64,000 nt of DNA from Promethearchaeota archaeon (GTDB taxonomy: Archaea > Asgardarchaeota > Lokiarchaeia > Sigyniarchaeales > SOKP01), in contig JBHLPW010000007.1 of assembly GCA_048939015.1 (NCBI GenBank), positions 31,389 to 95,388 of the forward strand. Direction: 5' to 3'. The notes under the pieces are model-generated. The model saw nothing but the letters and a program-made list of their open reading frames with translations, had not been told where the DNA came from and did not search any database. A program made the position numbers and the translations under genes. Every line of letters starts with the position of its first letter. Within the stretch, counting starts at the first letter, position 1. This document shows positions 36,500-47,136 of this stretch, piece after piece.

Positions 36500-38212
36500 A
36501 TGGCAGAAGAAAAGAAAAAGATAAATGGCGGCGATGTTTTAATAAAATGTCTTCTTAAGGAAAATGTAAAATATCTATTTGGAATTCCTGGTGGACAATT
36601 TTTGAACATGTATGATGCAATATATCAATGGGGTCGAGAACAGGGGATAAGTACTGTATTATTTAGACATGAGGCAGCTGCTGCTCATGCTGCTGATGCT
36701 TGGGCAAGAGTAACAAATACGCCGGGTATCTGTTTTGGAACTGTTGGTCCTGGAGCAACCAATCTTATTTCTGGTGTCGGAGCTGCTTGGGCTGATAATA
36801 TTCCTGTTATTACGATTCTGCCTCAAGTTAATTCAGAGTTTCAAGACTCATTTACCTTACAAGGTAGTCTTGATCAGATCACAATGTATAAGCCAATTAC
36901 AAAATATCAGAAAAGCATTCGTACAATTAAAGAGATCCCCGATGCGGTTCATAAAGCATTTAGAGAAGCTTTAGGAGGCCGTCCTCAGCCGGTTTTATTG
37001 GAGATCTTTGAAGACGCTTTTCTAGAGGAGATAGAAGAGGATACATTATTTATTCCAAATACTGAAAACTATCGATCAATTGAAAAACCCGCTATTAAAG
37101 ATGAATTAATAGAAAAATCTCTTGATATTATATTAAAAGCAGAAAAGCCTGTAATTATATCAGGTGGAGGTGTTTCACGAGCAGAAGGTTGGAATGAATT
37201 AGAAGAATTTGTTGACTATTTGCAGTTACCTGTAATAACAACCGGAAGTGGAATGGGAACAATACCTGAAAAATCAAAATACCTATTTGGAGCAGGGGTT
37301 GCGGGTATGGGATTAAAAGTGATACCGGAAGCAGACGTAGTTGTTGCTTTAGGATGTAAATTTTCTTGGACAATGGCGCATGGTGATGAACCCTTTTGGA
37401 AAGACTCTCAAACATTAATACAAGTAGATATTGATCCTTCAATTATTGGAAGAGCTAAACCAATAACTCTTGGTATTCAAGGAGATTGTAAACAGTTTCT
37501 AAAGCAAATCCTTGGAAAAGTTAATAAAATAGAAAAAGTAGAAAAAAGAGAATGGTTAGAGCAACTTGTTCAGACTCGACAGAATAATATCGAAAAATTA
37601 AATAAAAAATTATCTAAAGATAAAATACCTATTATGCCAAAGAGACTAATTAAAGATATTTTTGAAGTAATGGATGGAGATGCTATTTTGATTCTTGATG
37701 GTGGAGATATCTCAGTCTCCGCAGCAGAGCAAATTTATGATTATAATGTACGAAAACCACTCTCAACCTTAGCTGCCACAGGTATGGGTCAGCTGGGTAC
37801 TGCTGTCCCCTATGGAATTGGTGCTAAATTAGCAAAACCAGACAAACAGGTAGTAGCAATAGCTGGTGATGGGGCATTTATGATTAATATCCAGGATTTA
37901 GAAACAGCTGTAAGATTAAATCTAAAAAACTTAGTTTATGTCATAGCAAATAATAGTTCATGGGGTATGATTAAATCAGGACAGAAACTTTTTAAGGGTA
38001 AACGTTATATTGACGTAGATCTACCAGAATTTGATTATGCTAAATGTGCAGAAGGTTTTGGCTGTTATGGAGAAGTTGTAATTGATCCTAATGAGATAAA
38101 GCCTGCATTCGAAAGAGCAAAAAATTCTGGAAAACCTGCAGTTTTAGATGTAAAGATTGGATTTGAAACGCCTGACACTACAAAACTCATGGGTAGTATG
38201 GGAATTCTTTAA
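36500..38212 (+). CDS. Thiamine-diphosphate enzyme of the acetolactate synthase large-subunit family
   Basis: It has GIPGGQ, GPGATNL and the TPP motif GDGAFMINIQDLETAVRLNLKNLVYVIANNSSWG. ATG at 36500 (MAEEKK). The specific reaction is unknown. Confidence 0.8.
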   Translation: MAEEKKKINGGDVLIKCLLKENVKYLFGIPGGQFLNMYDAIYQWGREQGISTVLFRHEAAAAHAADAWARVTNTPGICFGTVGPGATNLISGVGAAWADNIPVITILPQVNSEFQDSFTLQGSLDQITMYKPITKYQKSIRTIKEIPDAVHKAFREALGGRPQPVLLEIFEDAFLEEIEEDTLFIPNTENYRSIEKPAIKDELIEKSLDIILKAEKPVIISGGGVSRAEGWNELEEFVDYLQLPVITTGSGMGTIPEKSKYLFGAGVAGMGLKVIPEADVVVALGCKFSWTMAHGDEPFWKDSQTLIQVDIDPSIIGRAKPITLGIQGDCKQFLKQILGKVNKIEKVEKREWLEQLVQTRQNNIEKLNKKLSKDKIPIMPKRLIKDIFEVMDGDAILILDGGDISVSAAEQIYDYNVRKPLSTLAATGMGQLGTAVPYGIGAKLAKPDKQVVAIAGDGAFMINIQDLETAVRLNLKNLVYVIANNSSWGMIKSGQKLFKGKRYIDVDLPEFDYAKCAEGFGCYGEVVIDPNEIKPAFERAKNSGKPAVLDVKIGFETPDTTKLMGSMGIL

Positions 38213-38264
38213 ATTTTTTTATTTTCTTTTAAAATTAAATTAAATTAAGCGTGAAAGGTTTGTT

Positions 38265-39473
38265 ATGAAAGCTTTAGTAATACAGATTGAGAAATTTCTT
38301 GAATTGTTAAACAAGAAAATGTCAGATCCTAATTTCAAACCTAAAATATATGATTTGGTGGGGTTAGAAGAAATTTCTGAACCAGAATTAATAAATGAAA
38401 ACTGGGTAAAAGTAAAGGTAAAATTGGGAGGTATATGTGGTACTGACATCCATATTCTAGAGGTTGATCAAACAACATACCAACTTAATTTTGTTTCAGG
38501 TCCAGCTGTTCCTGGTCATGAAATTGTAGGTGTAATTACAGAGGTGGGTGCGAATGTGAAGAAGTTTTCAGTTGGAGATCGAGTAATAATTGATGAGGTT
38601 CTTAGTTGTGAAACTAGAGGACTTGAATTATGTAATGCGTGTAAAGAGGGAAACTTTAACTTATGCTATAAATTTGATAAAGGTGATATAGCTCCAGGAT
38701 TTATGATTGGTTTATGCAAAGATACTGGTGGAGGTTGGGGAGAATACCTAGTTGTTCATCAAAGTCAAATAATTAAAATACCAGACTCAGTTTCTTTCGA
38801 ACATGCATTGATTGCTGAACCTTTAGCTGGATCAATCCATGCAATTCTAAAAAATCTACCTAGAGATGATGAGAAAGTTGTTGTAGTAGGTTGTGGAGTA
38901 ATGGGGTTGTCCACAATTTTAGCATTGAAGGCATTTTCTAAATGTAAAATTATTGCTTTAGATACAAGACAATCCCAACTTGATATAGCTACAAAGTTAG
39001 GTGTCGATGAGGTTTTCCTGGCAAGTAAAAGTAGCTTTATAAGAAAAGTAGCTAAAACTCTAGGAGCCAGAACAATATCTCCTCCATTACAAGATCCAAT
39101 ACTTGTAGGTGGTGGTGCTGATATTGTATTTGATTGTGTAGGGAACTCACCATCATTAACGACTAGTCTCAGATTATTGAAACCTAAAGGAACTCTTATG
39201 TTAATAGGACAACCAGCATATCTAGAATTAGATTGGACTCCTTTATTCATCAAGGAGATAACTCTCATCGCCTCCAATACATTTGGTTCCGATGCTATTA
39301 AAGGAGTGAAAAAAAGAACAATGCAAATTGCTTTAGATCTGATTTCATCTGAGCAAGTGAACGTGAGTGATTTCATTACTCATAGGTTTCCTTTGGAAAA
39401 TTACAAAGAAGCATTAGAAGTCGCTTCTAATAAAAGTGAACATAATTCTCTCAAAGTAATCTTTGAATATTGA
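38265..39473 (+). CDS. Zinc-dependent medium-chain alcohol/polyol dehydrogenase
   Basis: It has GICGTDIH, PGHEIVGVITEVG, a structural-Zn Cys cluster (C..C..C..C in SCETRGLELCNACKEGNFNLC) and a Rossmann GCGVMG. Confidence 0.85.
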   Translation: MKALVIQIEKFLELLNKKMSDPNFKPKIYDLVGLEEISEPELINENWVKVKVKLGGICGTDIHILEVDQTTYQLNFVSGPAVPGHEIVGVITEVGANVKKFSVGDRVIIDEVLSCETRGLELCNACKEGNFNLCYKFDKGDIAPGFMIGLCKDTGGGWGEYLVVHQSQIIKIPDSVSFEHALIAEPLAGSIHAILKNLPRDDEKVVVVGCGVMGLSTILALKAFSKCKIIALDTRQSQLDIATKLGVDEVFLASKSSFIRKVAKTLGARTISPPLQDPILVGGGADIVFDCVGNSPSLTTSLRLLKPKGTLMLIGQPAYLELDWTPLFIKEITLIASNTFGSDAIKGVKKRTMQIALDLISSEQVNVSDFITHRFPLENYKEALEVASNKSEHNSLKVIFEY

Positions 39474-39583
39474 ATTGTTTTATTTTTAAATTCTCGATAT
39501 TTTGATAAAATTATATTAAGAATTTAGATTAATACTAATTATAATTATAATTTCTTAACTATATAGATGTGAGTTATCTAAAT

Positions 39584-40864
39584 ATGGAAAATAAAAAAGG
39601 AGAAGTTCAATGTATTAATGATGAGATATTAGAAAAGCTGAGTTTACAAAATCGGTATAATTTTCTAAATAATAATTTGATGAGCATTCTGAACCCCAAA
39701 CATTTTAGCTTTCTAAGGAAAGCGCAAAAATTCTTTGTTAAATTTGAAAAAAAGCATAACATTAATCATACTGAAAATTTGTATGATTGGATACCTGAAA
39801 TTGGTAAAGAAGGCTTAGTAACAAGAATTAATAAGTTTGATGAGTTAGATTTAAACTTTGATCCATATGGTATGACTGCAGAATTCATGCGGTGCTTAGC
39901 TGTTGATTTTTTTGATCCACAATTAATTATGGGGATGGGTGCTAGTGTATTAGCAGTGAATCCTCTAATGCTTCATCATGAAGATGTTGAAGTTCGTTTA
40001 AAAGCTCTAAAAGAATTAGTGACGGGAGAAAAAATAGGATGTATATGCATAACAGAACCAGAACGTGGATCTGATGCCGTTCATATGCTTACAACTTGTG
40101 ATGAAAATGAGGATGGAAGTTTCACTTTAAATGGAGAAAAAATTTACCAAACAAATGGAGCTAAAGCAGATTTGGCGATTGTTTATGCCGTCTCTGAAAA
40201 AAATAATGGTAATACAATGGCCCAGTTTTTGGTAGATACAACATGGGATGGATGGAATGTAGAAAGAATTAATATTCCTTGGACACCACGAGTATATCTA
40301 GGGAAAGAGACTTTTACTAACTTAAGGGTTCCTTCCGAATACGTTTTAGGAAAACCTGGTTTAGGGAGAGAATATCTTTTTGAAGGATTAAATCTAGAGA
40401 GATTAGGTATAGTTCTTGCGAACGTAGCAGAATGCTGGAATGCAATATCACATGCTGTTATATATAGTAATATGAGAAAACAATTTGATCAAGAGATTTT
40501 AAAATATCAGGGAGTTGGTTTTCCTTTAGCAGAAATGTGGGCAAAAACAATGAGTCTAACTTTAGCAACTTTGCATATTTGTCAGATTATTGATCAGAAA
40601 ATGGAACAATTTGGAACTCTTCCAAAGAATTTTAATCTAGCTCTCGTAGCTACGGCTTCACAATTAAAACAACAAAGCTCGAAACTTTCAGAACGAATAT
40701 GTTTTGGATGTGCAGATCTCATGGGAGGGGCTGGTATGTGTGACAATACTCTAATGAGCGATTTAGTTGGAATTTCAAGAATAGGACAAGTTGGGGGAGG
40801 AACAGCTCAAATTCAAAAATATATAATGAGTCTCGCATTAAGGCAATTATATAAAATGCTTTAA
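39584..40864 (+). CDS. Acyl-CoA dehydrogenase family protein
   Basis: It has the ACAD middle-domain block CITEPERGSDA, then YQTNG, and a C-terminal catalytic-region helix bundle with GGGTAQIQKYIMS. ATG at 39584; the track starts at GTG 39569. Confidence 0.8.
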   Translation: MENKKGEVQCINDEILEKLSLQNRYNFLNNNLMSILNPKHFSFLRKAQKFFVKFEKKHNINHTENLYDWIPEIGKEGLVTRINKFDELDLNFDPYGMTAEFMRCLAVDFFDPQLIMGMGASVLAVNPLMLHHEDVEVRLKALKELVTGEKIGCICITEPERGSDAVHMLTTCDENEDGSFTLNGEKIYQTNGAKADLAIVYAVSEKNNGNTMAQFLVDTTWDGWNVERINIPWTPRVYLGKETFTNLRVPSEYVLGKPGLGREYLFEGLNLERLGIVLANVAECWNAISHAVIYSNMRKQFDQEILKYQGVGFPLAEMWAKTMSLTLATLHICQIIDQKMEQFGTLPKNFNLALVATASQLKQQSSKLSERICFGCADLMGGAGMCDNTLMSDLVGISRIGQVGGGTAQIQKYIMSLALRQLYKML

Positions 40865-40868
40865 AACC

Positions 40869-40889
40869 TTTTTTTTTCTTTTTCTTTTT
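40869..40889 (+). terminator. T-rich tract downstream of the acyl-CoA dehydrogenase gene
   Basis: TTTTTTTTTCTTTTTCTTTTT begins 5 nt after the stop. Confidence 0.45.
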
Positions 40890-41166
40890 ATTAATAATTT
40901 AAACTTGTTATTGCTTAATATAAAATCATAAACATTAGATTTAGAAAATGAAGCACTAAAAGAATCCATGAAACTAATGATTGTAGGGCAACATCAAAAT
41001 CATTAATTACAAAAAGGGATCCAATTTTTAAGGGAAAATAACTGAAAGTGTTATAATAGCAATTATATGATGATTTAGTAAGTCTTTTAAAAATTGGTTT
41101 ATTTTTATAATTTTATTTAAATATTTTGATGTATTCAAATTGCTTTTCAGAATACTGGAATGAATT

Positions 41167-42843
41167 ATGAATTCTAATAGTAAATTTGTTTTTGTTACTG
41201 GTGGTGTAATGTCTGGAATCGGAAAAGGCGTTGCTACCGCGAGTATTGGAAAAGTCCTTCAATTTCGTGGCTTTAAGGTGTCCGTAGTAAAGATAGATCC
41301 GTATCTTAATGTAGATCCCGGAACCTTAAATCCAATCGAGCATGGAGAATGCTTTATTACTGAAGATGTATGGGATTTCCGACCTGTTACTGGTTCTGAT
41401 GAAAGATCATATAGAATTTCAGAAATTGATCAAGATTTCGGCACTTATTCTAGAATATTAGGGATTGAGATGCATCCCTCACATAATATTACTTCAGGTC
41501 AAATATATCTATCAACAATTCTAAGCGAAAGGAAAGGAAGATTCTTAGGAAAAACTGTCCAAATAATACCTCATGTAACAGATATTATAAAAGAAAGATT
41601 GTTAGAAATCGCTGAAAAAGAAGAATTGGATGTGTTACTTATTGAATGTGGTGGAACAGTAGGCGATTTAGAATCAAGTATATTTTTAGAAGCGTTTCGA
41701 CAATTAAAGTTGGAATTTCCAAAACGTACGGCATTTGTACATGTGACTCTTATTCCTTATTCTAGAGCGGTAGGACAGCAAAAATCTAAGCCAACTCAAC
41801 ATTCTGTAAAGATGCTTCAGAGTCTAGGGTTACAGCCTGACATCATTATTGGAAGAAGTGAAAAACCTTTAGATCATGATATTAAGCGAAAAATTTCCTT
41901 GTATTCGAATGTTCCTGAAAATGCTGTAATCTCAAATCCCGATTTAGAAATCATTTATGAGTTACCCTTATTATTTGAAGAACAAGGATTGGGGGATCTT
42001 ATTTGTCAACTAATTGATTTGAAGGCTAAATTAGTTGCTTACAGTGAAGTAACAAACTATTCTGAATGGGTTAAAATGGTTGAACTGTTTAAAAACACTA
42101 AAGATACAGTAAAGATCGCTATGCCAGGTAAATATTTTAACATTTCAGACTCATATATATCAATTAATGTAGCTTTAGAAGATGCTGCAGCTCATTTAGG
42201 TTATAAAACAGAATTAAAAATGATAAATATAGATGAAAATATAGATGTGGCTAATCAACTTAAAGATTGTGATGGAATTTTACTTACTCCAGGATTTGGT
42301 GAAAGAGCGGTTGAAGGGATGATAAAATCGGCAGAATATGCTATGGAAAATAAAGTTCCATTCTTAGGGATTTGTTTTGGAGCTCAGTTATTTTTTGTAG
42401 CTTTTTGTAGAAAATATCTGGGTTTAAAAGATGCTAATTCAACAGAGCTTAATCCAAATACACCTTATCCTGTTGTTGATATTTTAGAAACTCAAAAAGA
42501 TGTTACTGAAAAAGGTGGTACAATGAGATTAGGTGCTCAAAAAATAGTTATTGAGAAGAATAGTCGACTATATAATGCGTATAAAAAAGAAGAAATACAT
42601 GAACGATATCGACATAGATATCATATTCAAGAAAGATTTATAACCGCGGACGCTAAAGAAAAAGGTTTGTTGATATCTAGCAGGGATGAAACTGGAACCA
42701 TTATTAACAGCATTGAATTAGATAGAGAAGACCATTGGATGGTAGGTACTCAATTTCACCCTGAGTTTAAATCTCGACCATATAATCCGTCTCCATTATA
42801 TTTAGATTTTATTAAAGAATGTGTTAAAAATAAAAGGTCGTAA
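41167..42843 (+). CDS. pyrG: CTP synthase
   Basis: It has FVFVTGGVMSGIGKG, KIDPYLNVDPGT, KTKPTQHS-like KSKPTQHS, the GATase Cys (GICFGAQL) and GTQFHPEF. Confidence 0.95.
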   Translation: MNSNSKFVFVTGGVMSGIGKGVATASIGKVLQFRGFKVSVVKIDPYLNVDPGTLNPIEHGECFITEDVWDFRPVTGSDERSYRISEIDQDFGTYSRILGIEMHPSHNITSGQIYLSTILSERKGRFLGKTVQIIPHVTDIIKERLLEIAEKEELDVLLIECGGTVGDLESSIFLEAFRQLKLEFPKRTAFVHVTLIPYSRAVGQQKSKPTQHSVKMLQSLGLQPDIIIGRSEKPLDHDIKRKISLYSNVPENAVISNPDLEIIYELPLLFEEQGLGDLICQLIDLKAKLVAYSEVTNYSEWVKMVELFKNTKDTVKIAMPGKYFNISDSYISINVALEDAAAHLGYKTELKMINIDENIDVANQLKDCDGILLTPGFGERAVEGMIKSAEYAMENKVPFLGICFGAQLFFVAFCRKYLGLKDANSTELNPNTPYPVVDILETQKDVTEKGGTMRLGAQKIVIEKNSRLYNAYKKEEIHERYRHRYHIQERFITADAKEKGLLISSRDETGTIINSIELDREDHWMVGTQFHPEFKSRPYNPSPLYLDFIKECVKNKRS

Positions 42844-42859
42844 GATTATCACTCTCGCT

Positions 42860-45478
42860 TTAATTAAGCAAGTGATATAAAGATTTTACATAGATCTTCT
42901 CTTTAATTTCTTCAATTCTTATTAGTTTTTCTGAATTAACAGGTAGAATATTCCTCAAAATGATAACTCTTCTTTCATTAGGCTCCATTGAAAAATAGTT
43001 ATCTGAAGCTATGAAATCTAGAAAGTTAGATTCAATAAATACATAGAGGGCTATGTGTTTAGTGGTAATAATCAACTTAACATCTCTTTTGTTTAAATTA
43101 CCAATTTCAATCTGATGAATCTCATAATCTAATTCTGGATCTTTTAAAGGAAATGATTTTGGATTATCAAATAGTCTGAAACCCTTAATTATATTACTAT
43201 TACTACTTTGAGCCTCTTGAAACTTATAAAAAATAATATGATTCTGTAAATCTTCTCTTGTTTTATTGATATCTGAAACATCTACAGTTCCGAACTTTTT
43301 AGAACAACAAGGGTTAAGTAAGTTTTCAAATACACCATCTTTCAATACATTACCATTGGAATCATAAATTCTCCATTCTAATATTAAACTATGAGGTTTA
43401 GTATGATCATTTGTTCCCCAAAACTCAACTGAATTTTTTTTTTCTTTAACACTGGCAAAAACTGGAGAGTAAAACCTCTTAGCAAAATAGTGAAGAGCTT
43501 TCCATCGTCCAAAATAATCTAATGAAGACCAACTTGCTACCGGCCAACAATCATTTAATTGCCAATATAAAGAACCCATACAATGAAACTCATTACGATT
43601 CCTTCTCCAATGCTCTACACCATATTCAATAGCTTCTGCTTGAGTAATCTGAGATAAAATAATTTGATTCTCAAATTCCTCTGGAGTTGAAAAACGTTTT
43701 TTCATATATCTTATTATTAATTTATTACCGGCGGAGTTTTTTTGATGATTCTCCAGAATAGAGGAGTTAAACTTTAACTGATTGTCTGGACAAAAACTTT
43801 TTACAGTTTTTAAAGAAGGAAAAGATTCAAATCCAAATTCAGACATGAACCGGGAATTAAATTTTCGATAGGCTGAAAAAGGTTTTCCTCCATGCCAAAC
43901 CGCCCAGAAATGTGAATCTCCAGAATTGGGTGAATTTGAATCGCTTTTTCCAATATTCTGTCCTAATAATCCGTTTGATGGTGAACTTGGCCAATATATT
44001 CGCATAGGATCAAGGTTTTTTATAAGATTTGGAAGGATATTTTCAAAAACATTTAAATATCCTCTCTTAAATTTTATCAAAATATCAGGATCTTCAACTT
44101 TAACTTTTGTTTTCAAGTAAAAGTTCCAAAACCATTCAATTTCATTATTACCACACCATAGTGCCAAACTTGGATGAAGTCTTAATCGTTTTATGTTTTG
44201 GATGACTTCTTTTTTAACAGACTCTATGAATTCTACAAAATAAGGATAGATGCTGCAAGCAAAAGGAAAGTCTTGCCATACTAAGATCCCCATTTTATCA
44301 CAGAGATCATAAAAATAATCATCTTCGTAAATTCCACCACCCCATACTCGTATCATGTTCATATTTGCATTCTTTGCAGACTCTAAATTCATTTTATATA
44401 AACCTAATTTCTTTCCTCTTGGAATGAAATTATCAATAGGAATCCAATTTGCTCCTTTGGCAAATATGGGAACTCCATTTAGTAAGAAATAGAAAGTTTC
44501 TCCCCATTTGTCTTTATTTCTAATTAATTGGATATCTCTTAATCCAATCATTTGTTTATATTTATCAATAACTCCATTTCCTAAAACATATACTTCTAAT
44601 TCATATAAATTAGGATTACCAAGATCATGAGTCCACCACAAAAAAGGCTTTTCTAGTTCAAACTCAATTTCTAGTTCCTTTTCATATATAATGTTTTTTT
44701 TTGAGAAAGATTCTCCATTAGGTGAGGTTATCCTAATTTCTAATATATACTTTTGACTATAAATATCATTTAAATGCGAATCGATTTCTACTTTAATTAT
44801 TATTTTTGTAGAAATAGGTTTCTTCAGTAAATAGTCTTCTGGATTCTGTATGACTGTACGATTTTTAACAAATTTGATTTTACTGTAAGAATTAATTGAT
44901 TTGATTCTTAGATCATTATATCCTAATAGTTCCACTGACTTCCAGATTCCAATATCAGGTAATTTTGGACCCCAGTCCCACCCAAAAGAAAATTGTGCTT
45001 TTCTTAAGTAAGGAACTCCTGGTATAGCTTCATCACCAGTATTCAAATTCATGTTATATTTAGTTATCAGTTCTCTTGCTTTGGAGGTTGGACTCTTAAG
45101 TTTCACTTTTAATTTATTTCCAGACTTTTTCAATCTTTCTTTAACATCGTATTCATAAGCAATGAACATATTTTTTGTTGTTCCTAATAATTCTCCATTA
45201 AGATAAACATGTGCAAAAGTATCTAACCCATTAAAACGAAGTATAATTTGCTTGTATTCTAAAAAACTTGGATTTAAATCAAATTGAATTTCATATTCCC
45301 AGTCTGATTCATATACCCATCTCACATTAAATTCATTCAAACCATAAAATGGGTCTTCAATAATTTCCTGGTTTATTAATGTCTCATAAACCGAACCCGG
45401 AACGTTAGTATCGATATGAATGGACTTATCACTATTAATTAACTGCCATCTTCCATCTAAGGTGATAATTTCTACCAT
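42860..45478 (-). CDS. GH2 beta-mannosidase
   Basis: 872 aa. It has FGWDWGPKLPDIGIW, the acid/base block WCGNNEIEW, the nucleophile block MSEFGFES and YWQLNDCWPVASWSSLDY. No signal peptide, so it is probably intracellular. Confidence 0.85.
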   Translation of the reverse strand: MVEIITLDGRWQLINSDKSIHIDTNVPGSVYETLINQEIIEDPFYGLNEFNVRWVYESDWEYEIQFDLNPSFLEYKQIILRFNGLDTFAHVYLNGELLGTTKNMFIAYEYDVKERLKKSGNKLKVKLKSPTSKARELITKYNMNLNTGDEAIPGVPYLRKAQFSFGWDWGPKLPDIGIWKSVELLGYNDLRIKSINSYSKIKFVKNRTVIQNPEDYLLKKPISTKIIIKVEIDSHLNDIYSQKYILEIRITSPNGESFSKKNIIYEKELEIEFELEKPFLWWTHDLGNPNLYELEVYVLGNGVIDKYKQMIGLRDIQLIRNKDKWGETFYFLLNGVPIFAKGANWIPIDNFIPRGKKLGLYKMNLESAKNANMNMIRVWGGGIYEDDYFYDLCDKMGILVWQDFPFACSIYPYFVEFIESVKKEVIQNIKRLRLHPSLALWCGNNEIEWFWNFYLKTKVKVEDPDILIKFKRGYLNVFENILPNLIKNLDPMRIYWPSSPSNGLLGQNIGKSDSNSPNSGDSHFWAVWHGGKPFSAYRKFNSRFMSEFGFESFPSLKTVKSFCPDNQLKFNSSILENHQKNSAGNKLIIRYMKKRFSTPEEFENQIILSQITQAEAIEYGVEHWRRNRNEFHCMGSLYWQLNDCWPVASWSSLDYFGRWKALHYFAKRFYSPVFASVKEKKNSVEFWGTNDHTKPHSLILEWRIYDSNGNVLKDGVFENLLNPCCSKKFGTVDVSDINKTREDLQNHIIFYKFQEAQSSNSNIIKGFRLFDNPKSFPLKDPELDYEIHQIEIGNLNKRDVKLIITTKHIALYVFIESNFLDFIASDNYFSMEPNERRVIILRNILPVNSEKLIRIEEIKEKIYVKSLYHLLN

Positions 45479-45512
45479 ATGAACTAATTTCTATTTTGAA
45501 GATTTTAGAAAA

Positions 45513-46958
45513 TTATTCAATATCAAGAATTCTTTTTGCGATCTTTTTCTTTTCATCTAAATTGGCTTGACGGGCAATCATAATTCTTTGTGCTTGAGGT
45601 GATCCTGCACCATGCATAGATTCTGTGCGATAACTAACAGAGGCTACTCCCATTGTTAAATTTTCAATAAAACGTAATACTTTATACCTGTCTTCAGCAC
45701 ACATCCCATCACATGTCGTTAGATATTTTTCAATTAAGGGTCCAATTTCTTCAGATTTAATATCTGCTTCAGAAGGCATGGTACAAATCAATCCTCCCGC
45801 AAGATCTTCAGCTAGTCTACCAATTTCATAAGGAAAACGCGTTACATTTTGTTTACATACATTAGCAAGAAGCATATCCATTTCATAATTGCCTGCTTCT
45901 CTTTTGAATCCTAAGGAACTACAAGCTATCCCACAACTATAGAGAGTTTCATTTAAATGCGTCATTTCTACTAGTTTATCTCTAACATGAGATGCATTTT
46001 CTGTGCCATTATATTCTGAGATTAGAGCTGTAGCTCCAATCAATGCGTCACCTACTCCTACTTTACAACCTCCATAGGATTGACGATGAAATCCCGCAAA
46101 ACGGTTAACTAATTCCCCCGAAAATCCAATTTCACCCTTCATAAAAATATTTTCATTTGGTATAAAGACATTATCAAAAATTACAAAAATCTCTTGCCCA
46201 CCATACTTGAAATTCCCAATATCGAGTTTTCCCTTCTCAATCTTTCTTGTATCACACGATTGTCTCCCATATATTAATGTAATTCCCTTGACATTTGTAT
46301 CAATTCCAAAACTTACAGCATACTCCTCTTCACCCGGTCTTAAATTTAAAGTAGGCATGATAATCGCTCGATGCGAATTAAGAAATCCTGTTTGATGAAC
46401 TTTAGCACCTCTAACGATGATACCATCGTCCTTTTCATCAACTACATGTAAATATGCATCAGGGTCCAGTTGATCTTTCGGTCTTTTACTCCGATCTCCC
46501 TTCGTGTCAGTCATAGCACCATCAACCATAAGATCTTGGTTTTGAACTTCGATCCAATATTTTTTGAATCTCTCATGATAATCGGTGCCATTCTTTTTAT
46601 CCATTTCGTATGTTACACTATACAAAGCATTTGCAGTGTCAAAACCAACACATCGCTGAAAACAACAAGCTGTATGTTGACCTAATAATCTTTGCATTTT
46701 TACCTTTTTAATTAAATCTTCTGTGGATTGGTGAATATGAGTAAAACGGTTTATAATATTACCAGTTAAATGGGATTTTGCTGTCATCAAATCTTTATAT
46801 TCTTCAATTTGGGCTAATTCATAAATTTTCATTACTGTATTTATTGATGGTTTAATAATTGGGTGGTTCCAAAATTCCTCGACTTTTTCACCGAACATAT
46901 ATAAATTTACGGCTCTTTTTATGCTTTCTAGATATTCTTCTGGAGTTTTTAATGGCAT
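45513..46958 (-). CDS. abfD: 4-hydroxybutyryl-CoA dehydratase / vinylacetyl-CoA isomerase
   Basis: 481 aa. The cluster-ligand pattern of AbfD is present: C-x3-C in TACCFQRCVGFD and H-x6-C in GFHRQSYGGCKVG. Confidence 0.8.
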   Translation of the reverse strand: MPLKTPEEYLESIKRAVNLYMFGEKVEEFWNHPIIKPSINTVMKIYELAQIEEYKDLMTAKSHLTGNIINRFTHIHQSTEDLIKKVKMQRLLGQHTACCFQRCVGFDTANALYSVTYEMDKKNGTDYHERFKKYWIEVQNQDLMVDGAMTDTKGDRSKRPKDQLDPDAYLHVVDEKDDGIIVRGAKVHQTGFLNSHRAIIMPTLNLRPGEEEYAVSFGIDTNVKGITLIYGRQSCDTRKIEKGKLDIGNFKYGGQEIFVIFDNVFIPNENIFMKGEIGFSGELVNRFAGFHRQSYGGCKVGVGDALIGATALISEYNGTENASHVRDKLVEMTHLNETLYSCGIACSSLGFKREAGNYEMDMLLANVCKQNVTRFPYEIGRLAEDLAGGLICTMPSEADIKSEEIGPLIEKYLTTCDGMCAEDRYKVLRFIENLTMGVASVSYRTESMHGAGSPQAQRIMIARQANLDEKKKIAKRILDIE

Positions 46959-47136
46959 TTTCTTTATATTATCTTATTTGATTTTATTAATTGATAATAA
47001 ATTGAGTAATTATTAAAAATATCCCTAATATATGTTAAGGTCTTAAGCCAGTTAATATTAATTACTAAAGTTTAAGTAATTGAATAAAAAAAAACACAAC
47101 TAGTATCTCATGAAGAAAATACACATTTTGTTCAAT

